Below are positions 34,972 through 44,124 of a DNA stretch of 50,405 nt, piece after piece. A program made the position numbers and the translations under genes. Within the stretch, counting starts at the first letter, position 1, and the number at the start of each line of letters is the position of its first letter. This DNA is from Ignavibacteriota bacterium (GTDB lineage: Bacteria > Bacteroidota > Ignavibacteria > Ignavibacteriales > Ignavibacteriaceae): assembly GCA_039931535.1 (NCBI GenBank), contig JBDTRQ010000065.1, positions 1 through 50,405 of the forward strand. The letters are read 5' to 3'. The notes beneath the pieces were generated by a model. It was given only the letters and a program-made list of their open reading frames with translations, was not told where the DNA came from and did not search any database.

Positions 34972-37614
34972 ATGTCTGCAAAAAATTTTTCTGATATTCC
35001 CAAAGCTTATGATCCCGCGCAGGTTGAGGATAGGTGGTACAAATACTGGAATGATAATGATATTTTTAATTCTGATATAGATAAAACAAAAAAACCATAC
35101 ACAATTGCTATCCCGCCGCCAAACATAACAGGCATGTTAACGATGGGGCACGTTTTAAATAATACACTTCAAGATATTTTTATTCGTACAAAACGAATGC
35201 AAGGCTACAACGCGTGCTGGGTTCCCGGAACAGATCACGCATCTATTGCAACCGAAACTAAAGTAACAAAATTTTTAGCTGATAAACAGATTGATAAGTA
35301 TCAAATCGGGCGCGAAGCGTTTTTAGAGCATTGCCAGGAATGGAAAAAACAATATGGCGGAATTATAATTCAGCAGTTAAAAAAACTTGGCGTAAGCTGC
35401 GATTGGCGGCGCGAACGTTTTACAATGGATGACGAATATTATCACGAAGTTATAAAAGCATTTGTTGATCTTTACAAAGAAGGAAAGATTTATCGCGGTT
35501 ACAGAATGGTTAATTGGGATCCCGCAAACAAATCCGCAATCTCAGATGAAGAAGTAATTTTTAAAACTGTTAACGGTAAACTCTGGTACTTCAAATATCC
35601 GGTAATGAATTCCAAAGAGTTTGTTACAGTTGCAACAACACGACCAGAAACAATGCTTGGAGATACTGGTGTTGCCGTTAATCCAAAGGATAAGCGTTAC
35701 AAACATCTTATCGGCAAAAAAGTTTTGCTTCCAATAGTTGAAAGAGAAATACCAATTTTTGCAGATGAATATGTTGATATGGAATTTGGAACTGGTGTTG
35801 TTAAAGTTACTCCCGCTCACGACGTTAATGATTACGATATGGGACAGCGCCACAAACTTGAGCTGATAAATATTTTTAATGATAACGCTACCACAAACAA
35901 CAATGTTCCAAAAGAGTTTCGTGATCTTGATCGTTATGAAGTTAGAAAAAAGGTTGTTGCAAGAATGGATGAACTTGAATTACTTCACATGATTGAAGAT
36001 TACCAAAATAAGGTTGGATATTCTGAACGCGGCAATGTTCCAATCGAGCCATACTTAAGTGAACAATGGTTTATGAAAATGGATGAACTTGCAAAACCTG
36101 CTGTTGATGTTGTTCAGGAAGGAAAAATAAAATTTTATCCAAAGCACTGGGAAAAAACTTATTTTCACTGGATGGAAGGTATTCGTGATTGGTGTATTTC
36201 TCGACAGCTTTGGTGGGGACATAGAATTCCTGTTTGGTATCATATAAACTCAAATGAAATTTATTGTGATGTTGTTCCTCCAAAAGATATAGAGAATTGG
36301 CGTCAGGATGAAGATGTTCTTGATACCTGGGCATCAAGCTGGTTGTGGGCGCACGCAATATTTAAAACTGATGATGAAAGAAAATATTATTATCCAACAA
36401 ATACACTTGTAACCGGTCCCGATATTATTTTCTTTTGGGTTGCAAGAATGATAATGGCTGGAATGCATTTTCAAAAAGATATTCCTTTTAGCGACGTTTA
36501 TTTTACAAGTATCATTCGTGATGTACAGGGCAGAAAAATGAGTAAGTCTCTCGGCAACTCACCCGATCCGCTGGATGTAATAAAAGATTATGGCGCCGAT
36601 GCCTTACGATTTACTATAATTTATCTTGCCCCGCTTGGGCAGGATGTAATGTTTAGTACTGATAAATGTGAACTTGGAAGGAACTTTGCTAATAAAATAT
36701 GGAATGCGGGAAGATTTTTATTGATGAATGCTGAGAACATTCCACTTAATAAAGATTTAAAAAATTCTCATATAGATTTTGCCGATGATTGGATAATCTC
36801 CCGCCTAAATAAAACCTTGCAGCAGCTTAACAAGGCGATGGATGAGTTTGAAGTAAACAACGCAACCAAACTTATTTACAGTTTTATCTGGAATGATTTC
36901 TGTGACTGGTACGTTGAGATGATTAAGAACAGATTTTACCTGCCTGCTGGTAGGCAAGGTGCAGATGATGAAGAAATTAAATCCGCAGTGCTTACTCGTG
37001 CAATTTCAATCTTTGAAGATGCATTAAAAATGCTTCATCCATTTATGCCTTTTATTACTGAAGAACTGTGGCAACTGATTGATGAAAGAAAAGATGGTGA
37101 AAGTATTTCTACTTCAACTTATCCGGTAGTTAATGAAAAGATGATTAAAGATTCTGCTGATGAAGAAATGGATTTTGTAAAAGATATAATTACTGCTATC
37201 AGAAATATTCGCGGCGAGATGAACATTGCCCCTTCAAAAAAAGTAAATGCAATGATTAAATCTTCTTCTGTAAAAGATCATCAGATTGAATACATAAAAA
37301 AACTTGCAAAAGTTGAAGAGCTAATTGTAGATACAAATATTGAAAAACCAAAAGCAAGTGCTTCTGCAGTGTTGAGAGGAGTTGAAATATTCATTCCGCT
37401 TGAAGGATTAATTGATCTTGAAATTGAACGACAAAAAATACAAAAAGAAATAACGCGACTTGAAGGCTCTCTTGCAGGCATAGATAAAAAACTTTCCAAC
37501 GAAAAGTTTGTAGCCAACGCAGCCACCGAAGTTGTTGAGAAAGAAAGAGCAAAGCAAAAGGATTGGCTTGAAAATATTGGTAAGCTAAGAGAGATATTAG
37601 TCAATCTAAATTAG
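34972..37614 (+). CDS. valS: Valine--tRNA ligase
   Basis: HIGH-region PPPNITGMLTMGHVLN, KMSKS motif (GRKMSKSLGNS), ..LHPFMPFITEELW.. and a C-terminal coiled coil. Confidence 0.95.
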   Translation: MSAKNFSDIPKAYDPAQVEDRWYKYWNDNDIFNSDIDKTKKPYTIAIPPPNITGMLTMGHVLNNTLQDIFIRTKRMQGYNACWVPGTDHASIATETKVTKFLADKQIDKYQIGREAFLEHCQEWKKQYGGIIIQQLKKLGVSCDWRRERFTMDDEYYHEVIKAFVDLYKEGKIYRGYRMVNWDPANKSAISDEEVIFKTVNGKLWYFKYPVMNSKEFVTVATTRPETMLGDTGVAVNPKDKRYKHLIGKKVLLPIVEREIPIFADEYVDMEFGTGVVKVTPAHDVNDYDMGQRHKLELINIFNDNATTNNNVPKEFRDLDRYEVRKKVVARMDELELLHMIEDYQNKVGYSERGNVPIEPYLSEQWFMKMDELAKPAVDVVQEGKIKFYPKHWEKTYFHWMEGIRDWCISRQLWWGHRIPVWYHINSNEIYCDVVPPKDIENWRQDEDVLDTWASSWLWAHAIFKTDDERKYYYPTNTLVTGPDIIFFWVARMIMAGMHFQKDIPFSDVYFTSIIRDVQGRKMSKSLGNSPDPLDVIKDYGADALRFTIIYLAPLGQDVMFSTDKCELGRNFANKIWNAGRFLLMNAENIPLNKDLKNSHIDFADDWIISRLNKTLQQLNKAMDEFEVNNATKLIYSFIWNDFCDWYVEMIKNRFYLPAGRQGADDEEIKSAVLTRAISIFEDALKMLHPFMPFITEELWQLIDERKDGESISTSTYPVVNEKMIKDSADEEMDFVKDIITAIRNIRGEMNIAPSKKVNAMIKSSSVKDHQIEYIKKLAKVEELIVDTNIEKPKASASAVLRGVEIFIPLEGLIDLEIERQKIQKEITRLEGSLAGIDKKLSNEKFVANAATEVVEKERAKQKDWLENIGKLREILVNLN

Positions 37615-37623
37615 TATTACGGG

Positions 37624-37650
37624 GTCATCCTTCAACAGGCTCAGGATGAC
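37624..37650. repeat. Palindromic repeat, family B, copy (gtcatccttcaacaggctcaggatgac)
   Basis: Perfect 7-nt terminal inverted repeat gtcatcc/ggatgac. It lies just after the valS stop. Confidence 0.8.
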
Positions 37651-37673
37651 ACTAGACTTATAAAAATCCACTT

Positions 37674-37700
37674 GTCACACTGAGCCTGTCGAAGTGTGAC
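37674..37700. repeat. Palindromic repeat, family B, copy (gtcacactgagcctgtcgaagtgtgac)
   Basis: Terminal inverted repeat gtcacac/gtgtgac. It is in inverted orientation relative to the neighbouring copy. Confidence 0.8.
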
Positions 37701-37721
37701 TCACCAAAAGAAGGAAGTAAT

Positions 37722-38222
37722 ATGTATCGCAAATTAGAAGACTTTACTACTGATTGGACTTACGAATCCGAATCAACATTGAAAGTGTTTAATAATCTTA
37801 ACGATGAATCATTAGCAAAAAAAGTTAATGAGAATGTAAGAACAGCAGGACGATTAGCTTGGCATATTACTACTGCGATTGGAGAAATGGCACATCGCAC
37901 TGGATTAGTATTTAAAACTGTGGATAGTAATACTCCAGTGCCAGCAACTGCAAAAGAAATTGTCCAAGCTTACAAAGAAGCTTCCGAAAACTTATTGTCT
38001 GCTGTTAAATCAAATTGGAATGATGACTCTTTAAATGTAGAAGACGATATGTATGGTGAAATGTGGAAAAGAGGAACCACGCTTGGGGTAATAATATCAC
38101 ATCAAATTCATCACCGTGCACAGCTCACTATTGTTATGAGATTAAACGGACTTACTGTTCCAGGAATTTATGGTCCATCAAAAGAAGAATGGACACAGCT
38201 TGGTATGCCGGCTCAAGAATAA
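37722..38222 (+). CDS. DinB-superfamily protein
   Basis: Four-helix-bundle His pattern (..LAWHITTAIGEM.., ..ISHQIHHRAQL..). 166 aa. Confidence 0.72.
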   Translation: MYRKLEDFTTDWTYESESTLKVFNNLNDESLAKKVNENVRTAGRLAWHITTAIGEMAHRTGLVFKTVDSNTPVPATAKEIVQAYKEASENLLSAVKSNWNDDSLNVEDDMYGEMWKRGTTLGVIISHQIHHRAQLTIVMRLNGLTVPGIYGPSKEEWTQLGMPAQE

Positions 38223-38332
38223 ACTTAATCATATCTTTAAAGGTTTAATCTAATATTATCCAAATATATCTAACCATGCCCTCTGAATTAATTTGTTCTT
38301 ACTTAGCTTCGCTGACATTCATCCAATCTCCA

Positions 38333-38405
38333 ATTGATGAATTGAATTATTTTAAGTATAATATTGTTGAATTGATTTTATTAATAATTGTCAATTCAAT
38401 CATTA
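38333..38405. promoter_or_regulatory. Possible operator region: three copies of TGAATTGA (two direct, one inverted) upstream of the permease gene
   Basis: tgaattga at 38338..38345 and 38368..38375; tcaattca at 38391..38398. The permease ATG is at 38440. Confidence 0.25.
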
Positions 38406-38439
38406 TGTTTCTTGTTTAAACGTAACCACGGACAAGATT

Positions 38440-40713
38440 ATGAAAAAATTTGATACTGAAGTCCATCTTAGCAGAGAGATGGGCTTAATGGATGCGACCC
38501 TTATTGGTGTTGGTGCTATGATTGGCGCAGGAATATTTGTACTTACTGGTATTGCTGCGGGGGTAGCTGGTCCCGCACTTATCGTTACATTTTCTCTTAA
38601 TGGTTTTGTAGCTCTTCTTACAGCATTTTCGTACGCAGAACTTGGTTCTTGTTATCACGATGCTGGAGGCGGATATCTGTGGGTAAAAGAAGGCTTACCG
38701 AAATGGAATGGATTTATTTCCGGCTGGATGAGCTGGTTTGCTCACGCTGTTGCATGCAGTCTATATGCTTTGGGATTTGGAGCTTATTTTGATTTGGTTC
38801 TTAGAGAGTTCAATGTTGTGATGCCACAATGGGGATTTTTATCTCCGCAAAAAATTCTTGCCGCTATAACCGCAATTGTTTTTGCTTACGTTAATTTCCG
38901 GGGTGCTTCGGAGACTGGTAAAATTGGAAACGTAATTACTATTGCCAAAATTGTTATACTATTTATATTTATAGGCTTTGGTTTAAATTTAGTTTTTCAT
39001 CGCCCTGATTGGAAAGATGCTTTTACACCATTCTTTGCACATGGCTGGGGCGGGGTGTTTAAAGCAATGGGATTAACATTTATAGCCTTTCAAGGGTTTG
39101 AAGTAATATCACAGTGTTCGGAGGAAATTAAAAATCCTAAAAAAAATATTCCTCGCGCTGTATTTCTTTCCCTAATAATTGTTGTGCCAATTTATTTGCT
39201 TGTTTCATTTACAGCATTAGGCGCAGTTAAACCCGAAGGTGGAATTACACCATGGGATTATCTTGCATCACACAAAGAAACCGCACTTGTTGAAGTTGCA
39301 AAAACATTTTTTATTGGCGGCGGAATTATGCTCTTGATTGGAGGAATTATTTCTACAATGTCCGCACTTAATGCTACTATTTATTCATCTTCCCGCGTTG
39401 CCTATGCGATGGGTAAGGACAGAAACTTCCCAACCTTTTTTAGCAAAGTTCATAAAAAAAATTTTACTCCGCATATTTCTATAGTTTTTTCATTATTGAT
39501 TGTTGTTATTATGGCAATCTCACTGCCAATTGAGGATGTAGCAAGTGCAGCGGATTTAATGTTCCTTTTACTTTTTCTTCAAGTTAACATCACTCTTATA
39601 AGATTAAGGAAAAAAAGACCAGATTTAGACCGCGGGTTTTTTACTCCTTTATTTCCGTACGCATCCATTGTGGGAATTTTAATGTTGTTATTCCTTGCCG
39701 TTTATATGTTTGAATATAGTCCAACTGCGTGGATAGTTACTGGTATTTGGGTTAGCGTAGGACTAATCACTTATAAATTTTATGCATCCCACAGAGAAGT
39801 TGAACATATCAGAAAAGTTAAGTCATTAGAAAAACTTGAGAGAAAGGAATACAAGATATTATTACCATTAGCTAATAAGAAAACAGTTTCTAGTCTTACA
39901 CATATAGCTGTAGCACTTGCAAAAAAATCAAATGCAGAGATACTTTTCTTGCACGTTGATGAGATTAATGAAAAGAATCCACTGGTGGTTGAATTGAGTG
40001 ATAAAGCTAAAGCTAATTCACTATTCGATATTGGTAATTCAATCGCTGAAATGGAAGGAGTTCCTGCCAGATCTATCTTAAATGTGTCGCATAAAATATC
40101 GGAGGGAATTGTAAATACATCCGAGGAGGAAGAGTGTAATTTTATTCTTGTTGGCAGAGAGAAAAATCCGAATTACTTTGAACGATTCTTTTCCTCGATT
40201 ATTGATAGTGTTATAAATAAATTCCCTGGAGAAGTTGCAATACTTCATGGCACATTTAAAAAAGAGGAAGTTAAAACTATTTTGATTCCTTTTTCATTAG
40301 ATATCCATGCAATGTTGGCTACCGAAATCGCCCCTGCATTGGTGGAATATTTTAATTGTAAATTAAAAATTCTACTTGTTTACGATCCAGAAACTTCTGA
40401 AAAGGAAAGAGAAGAGAGAGAATTAAAAATTGCAGAGATTATAAAGGAAAATTCGATTGAAGCAGAATTAGTTATAATTAAAGATGCAGATATAGTTCAA
40501 GCTATTTCACAGGAATCCGGAAAAGCTGATCTTGTTTTAATGGGCGGTAAAACCGGTGATTTTTTGGAATTATTACTTGGTCGATCACTTGCTCAAGAAA
40601 TAACAGAACAATCAGCATCCCCAGTTCTTTGGGTAAAAGAATACGCAGAAAGAGAACCACTGTGGAAACTTTTATTAAAATCACCTAAGCAAAGAGGAGT
40701 AGAAAATGAATAA
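38440..40713 (+). CDS. APC-superfamily amino-acid permease fused to a C-terminal tandem universal-stress-protein (Usp) region
   Basis: About 12 TM segments with ..GVGAMIGAGIFVLTG.. Then roughly 290 aa soluble with two Usp-like halves (..ILLPLANKKTVSSL.., ..DLVLMGGKTG..). Confidence 0.82.
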   Translation: MKKFDTEVHLSREMGLMDATLIGVGAMIGAGIFVLTGIAAGVAGPALIVTFSLNGFVALLTAFSYAELGSCYHDAGGGYLWVKEGLPKWNGFISGWMSWFAHAVACSLYALGFGAYFDLVLREFNVVMPQWGFLSPQKILAAITAIVFAYVNFRGASETGKIGNVITIAKIVILFIFIGFGLNLVFHRPDWKDAFTPFFAHGWGGVFKAMGLTFIAFQGFEVISQCSEEIKNPKKNIPRAVFLSLIIVVPIYLLVSFTALGAVKPEGGITPWDYLASHKETALVEVAKTFFIGGGIMLLIGGIISTMSALNATIYSSSRVAYAMGKDRNFPTFFSKVHKKNFTPHISIVFSLLIVVIMAISLPIEDVASAADLMFLLLFLQVNITLIRLRKKRPDLDRGFFTPLFPYASIVGILMLLFLAVYMFEYSPTAWIVTGIWVSVGLITYKFYASHREVEHIRKVKSLEKLERKEYKILLPLANKKTVSSLTHIAVALAKKSNAEILFLHVDEINEKNPLVVELSDKAKANSLFDIGNSIAEMEGVPARSILNVSHKISEGIVNTSEEEECNFILVGREKNPNYFERFFSSIIDSVINKFPGEVAILHGTFKKEEVKTILIPFSLDIHAMLATEIAPALVEYFNCKLKILLVYDPETSEKEREERELKIAEIIKENSIEAELVIIKDADIVQAISQESGKADLVLMGGKTGDFLELLLGRSLAQEITEQSASPVLWVKEYAEREPLWKLLLKSPKQRGVENE

Positions 40714-41362
40714 TAGTTTAGAAAGTCCCTTTTTAGATTTTGGAAAACAAATAATAAGCTATCTACCAAACCTTTTGGGAGGAGTTATTTTATTATTAGT
40801 TGGTTGGTTTGTTGGATGGCTGGTAAAAAGAATAACAATACAACTTTTGATTGTTCTAAGATTTGAAAAACTCTTTATGAGAATGCAATGGCGAAGAGCG
40901 CTTTCTAAAGCCGATGTTAGATCTGCTGTATTTAACATGATAGGTAATTTTGTATTCTTTATAGTGTTTTTGATATTCCTAAATTCTGCTTTGGATGCGA
41001 TGAAGCTTACGGTGTTATCAGTATTAATTCAACAAGGTGTTGTTTTTATTCCGAAACTAATAATTGCACTTTTGATTTTAGGAATGGGCTGGATAGTTGC
41101 TTCAAGAGTTTCAATTAATGTTTATAATGCACTGCTTAAAGAGAACATGCCGCATTATTCAATTATTTCTCGTTTTGTAAAATTTGTCGCTTTATTATTT
41201 TTTTCTTCGATGGCGCTAGTAGAGATTGAAATTGCACCTCAAATAGTTATAATAGGTTTTACTATCATAATGATTACACTTGGTGTAATACTGATTGCTG
41301 TAACCGTGTTTAGTGGCAAATCATCATTAAATAATTTTTTAAATATTGTTGAAAAGAAATAA
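40706..41362 (+). CDS. Small polytopic membrane protein (MscS-type 'conserved TM helix'-like N-terminus)
   Basis: The ATG overlaps the permease end by 8 nt. ..LPNLLGGVILLLVGWFVGWLVKRI.. plus further TM segments. Confidence 0.6.
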   Translation: MNNSLESPFLDFGKQIISYLPNLLGGVILLLVGWFVGWLVKRITIQLLIVLRFEKLFMRMQWRRALSKADVRSAVFNMIGNFVFFIVFLIFLNSALDAMKLTVLSVLIQQGVVFIPKLIIALLILGMGWIVASRVSINVYNALLKENMPHYSIISRFVKFVALLFFSSMALVEIEIAPQIVIIGFTIIMITLGVILIAVTVFSGKSSLNNFLNIVEKK

Positions 41363-41569
41363 ATTCTTCTAATATTTTATTCTTAACAGTACCTATAAAC
41401 AAAAATAAGTTATTTAATTCTAAAGGGACTTAATATTAATTTTATGGGATATTAAAATGGCGGGATGTTTTTATAGAAAATAAAAATATAGATCGAATTA
41501 TTAAAGTTTAAAATGATGTTCAAATCAAATTACTGATGATTGACAAATTTCTAAAGAACTAATCAGAAT

Positions 41570-42439
41570 TTATTTCCAAACAAAATATTCTTCAAAACTT
41601 AAATTGATTAAGTCTTTTATTGCTAGCTTATCACCACTAGAAAGCTCATCAAAAGTCTTATCGGCAGTGTGGCTCGGAGAGATGTAAGGATACATTAAAT
41701 CTTTGTCACTATCACTGTGTCCAAGTCCGAATGCGTGCCCAAGCTCGTGAACAATAGTTGCTTTGATTTCTCCCGCTGAAATTTTTTCATCGCCATTTTT
41801 AATTAAACTAATTTGAATTTTTGAAAACTCAATTTGCTTGTTTCTATCAGTGTCATAATCTGTTAAACCGAGATAATTTTCTTCGTACTTATCACCAAGA
41901 TTTTCGACAAATAAAACTGCAATATCAGCGTCATCAACAGACTTAACAAATTTGTATTGAATTCTATCATCAGCTTTGCGCCAAACATCCATCGCGTATT
42001 TTACATAATCTTTATAAGCTGATGTGTAATAGCGTGATGATGATTCTTTTACATAAATGTTAAGCGGAAATCTTGATTCCTCCCAATGTTTTCCATCCCA
42101 CAAACTATTTTTTGATTTATCAATTCTAAAATAATTTTCAGAAAAATCATTTTCGTTTTTATGATAATTGTTTTTCTTTCTGGTGTAACTATCTTTTTCT
42201 GTTTTTTTGTTTGGCGGATAATATTCTGAAAGTTTGTTATTACTTCTTCGATTTGTTTTGATTTGAATATCTGCAGCCGAGCCTTTTGTTGAAGCACTTT
42301 TTTCGTAATTGCTATAATAAGTTCTTTTGGATTTTTTGCTTTCTGATGATCTGCTCTGTGCAGATGTGCTCTCAATTAATAATAAGTTGGTTAGAACTAA
42401 TATTAAAATTATAGCTAAGTAATTATTTATTCTTTTCAT
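41570..42439 (-). CDS. Secreted metzincin (matrixin/M10-like) zinc protease
   Basis: Signal peptide, a basic low-complexity linker, HELGHAFGLGHSD (HExxHxxGxxH) and Met-turn LMYPY. Confidence 0.8.
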   Translation of the reverse strand: MKRINNYLAIILILVLTNLLLIESTSAQSRSSESKKSKRTYYSNYEKSASTKGSAADIQIKTNRRSNNKLSEYYPPNKKTEKDSYTRKKNNYHKNENDFSENYFRIDKSKNSLWDGKHWEESRFPLNIYVKESSSRYYTSAYKDYVKYAMDVWRKADDRIQYKFVKSVDDADIAVLFVENLGDKYEENYLGLTDYDTDRNKQIEFSKIQISLIKNGDEKISAGEIKATIVHELGHAFGLGHSDSDKDLMYPYISPSHTADKTFDELSSGDKLAIKDLINLSFEEYFVWK

Positions 42440-42616
42440 TTACTGCTCAGAAATTGTATATCGTTTATAAGTAGTTCCAATTAAAAACCTGTGAATGTCA
42501 AATACTATTCCAACAATTTATTCGCAAAATTAAATAAAATCAAAAGATATCATCAAAGCGAGTGTCTTATTTAGAATCCTACAATTAGCCAATAGTCTAA
42601 AATGATAAACAGAATT

Positions 42617-43969
42617 TTAATGATACTGATGCGTACTTCCGCCAATAAACTCACGCAGCACACTATCGCCCGGAACAGAAGATTCCTCCGCTACGGGAGT
42701 TACTGTTTTTAAAACTTCATAAACTCTTGTTGATCTTTCAAGAGCATCAGCCTTAAGCGGATCGCCTTTATATTTTTCTTTCCATTCCTCAAAAAGTTTT
42801 AACAGTCTGTTTGCATAGATTGGAACTTCGTACGGCATGCCGCTGCTGATTACAAAATCTGCGGTGTTGGAGTATGGAATAATATTTCTTAACTCACTGC
42901 CGCGCACATAATGCCAGTGTTCTAAAGTTTGCTGTGGATTGTATGCACGGAAAACTGAATCGCGTAACATTCTGCGCATCAATCTTAAATCTGTCCAGCG
43001 AATATATTTTCCATCTTTGCCTTTCATTTGTAAAAGCGGTTCAAGATATAGTTTAAATTTTACTTCAACAGAAATGTCTTTGCTAAATGCAGGATAAAGT
43101 CCGTGTAAACTATCGATCAAAAGCAGTTCATCTTTTGCAAGTTTCATCGGAGTTGCGTTTAGTTTGCGTGTTCCGGTTTTAAAATCGTAAAACGGAATCA
43201 TTACTTCTTCACCATTACCCAATCTTACAAGATGTTCGTTAATTAATTCTAAATCTAAAGCTTGCGGAGTTTCAAAATCGTAATCACCAAATTCATCTTT
43301 TGGATGAAACTCCAAATCAAAAAAGTAATGATCTACATTTAACGCTTTAAACTTGAATCCTTTTTTTATTAATTTTTGCTCAAGTTTTATTGTTGTGGTT
43401 GTTTTACCGGATGAAGATGGACCGCTAATCATAACCATTCTAAGTTCATCAAGTCTTTCGATAATTAAATTTGCTGCAACTTTAACATCATCTTCATAAA
43501 GTGCTTCGGATTCGTGAACGATATGCGGAAATTCTCCTTTAGCAATTCTATCATTCAAACTGTCAACAGTGTGCAGATTGTGCGAAACAGCCCAATCAAG
43601 ATTACGCCAAATTTTTTGCCATGGAACATTTTCATTTATTTTAGAAGCATATCTTCCTTCAGCATCTCTTCTGTTAGCTGCTTCATCACGATAAAGAATA
43701 TATTCCTTTGCAACTTTTGCGTGTCCGTTTTCAATCAAAACCTTTTCAACAACATCCTGTACGTCTTCAATATGCGGAGTTGTTCCTTCTGGAAATTTTT
43801 GATTCAGCAATTCAACAACCTGCTCAGATAAACTTTGTGCAGTTGATTTATCCCGTCCGCCAACAGCAACAGCAGCGCGGTAAATTGCATTTGCAATACG
43901 CTCCTGATTAAAAGGTACAATGGCGCCGGTTCTTTTGATTACGTTTTTAATATGAGTTTGCATTAGCAC
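42617..43969 (-). CDS. ATP-cone domain fused to a uridine-kinase/phosphoribulokinase-family P-loop kinase
   Basis: N-terminal ..VIKRTGAIVPFNQERIANAIYRA.. is ATP-cone-like. P-loop ISGPSSSGKTTT. Udk-like ..RRMLRDSVFRAYNPQQTLEHW.. Confidence 0.72.
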   Translation of the reverse strand: MLMQTHIKNVIKRTGAIVPFNQERIANAIYRAAVAVGGRDKSTAQSLSEQVVELLNQKFPEGTTPHIEDVQDVVEKVLIENGHAKVAKEYILYRDEAANRRDAEGRYASKINENVPWQKIWRNLDWAVSHNLHTVDSLNDRIAKGEFPHIVHESEALYEDDVKVAANLIIERLDELRMVMISGPSSSGKTTTTIKLEQKLIKKGFKFKALNVDHYFFDLEFHPKDEFGDYDFETPQALDLELINEHLVRLGNGEEVMIPFYDFKTGTRKLNATPMKLAKDELLLIDSLHGLYPAFSKDISVEVKFKLYLEPLLQMKGKDGKYIRWTDLRLMRRMLRDSVFRAYNPQQTLEHWHYVRGSELRNIIPYSNTADFVISSGMPYEVPIYANRLLKLFEEWKEKYKGDPLKADALERSTRVYEVLKTVTPVAEESSVPGDSVLREFIGGSTHQYH

Positions 43970-44071
43970 TCCTTTTAGAAAGAATATTTAGACACAGCAT
44001 TAATTTATAAAATAAGATTGATTGGAACACTTAAAACATTAGAATAAATGGAGCAATCATTTGTGCATTAA

Positions 44072-44100
44072 AAAACCCGATTAATATTTAACCGGGTTTT
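44072..44100 (-). terminator. Hairpin terminator downstream of the FG-GAP gene (A/T-flanked, potentially bidirectional)
   Basis: aaaacccg (44072..44079) / cgggtttt (44093..44100), with A- and T-runs on either side. Confidence 0.6.
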
Positions 44101-44124
44101 AAAAATTAATATATTTGGACAGAA

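Noticed and set aside
35542-37604. Antisense ORFs within valS.
   Set aside because: They are embedded in an unambiguous essential gene, so they are shadow ORFs.
42049-42375. 108-aa ORF on the same strand as the matrixin gene, in another frame.
   Set aside because: It lies within the low-complexity K/N/S-rich linker region of the protease gene. The longer frame carries the signal peptide and the HExxH motif.
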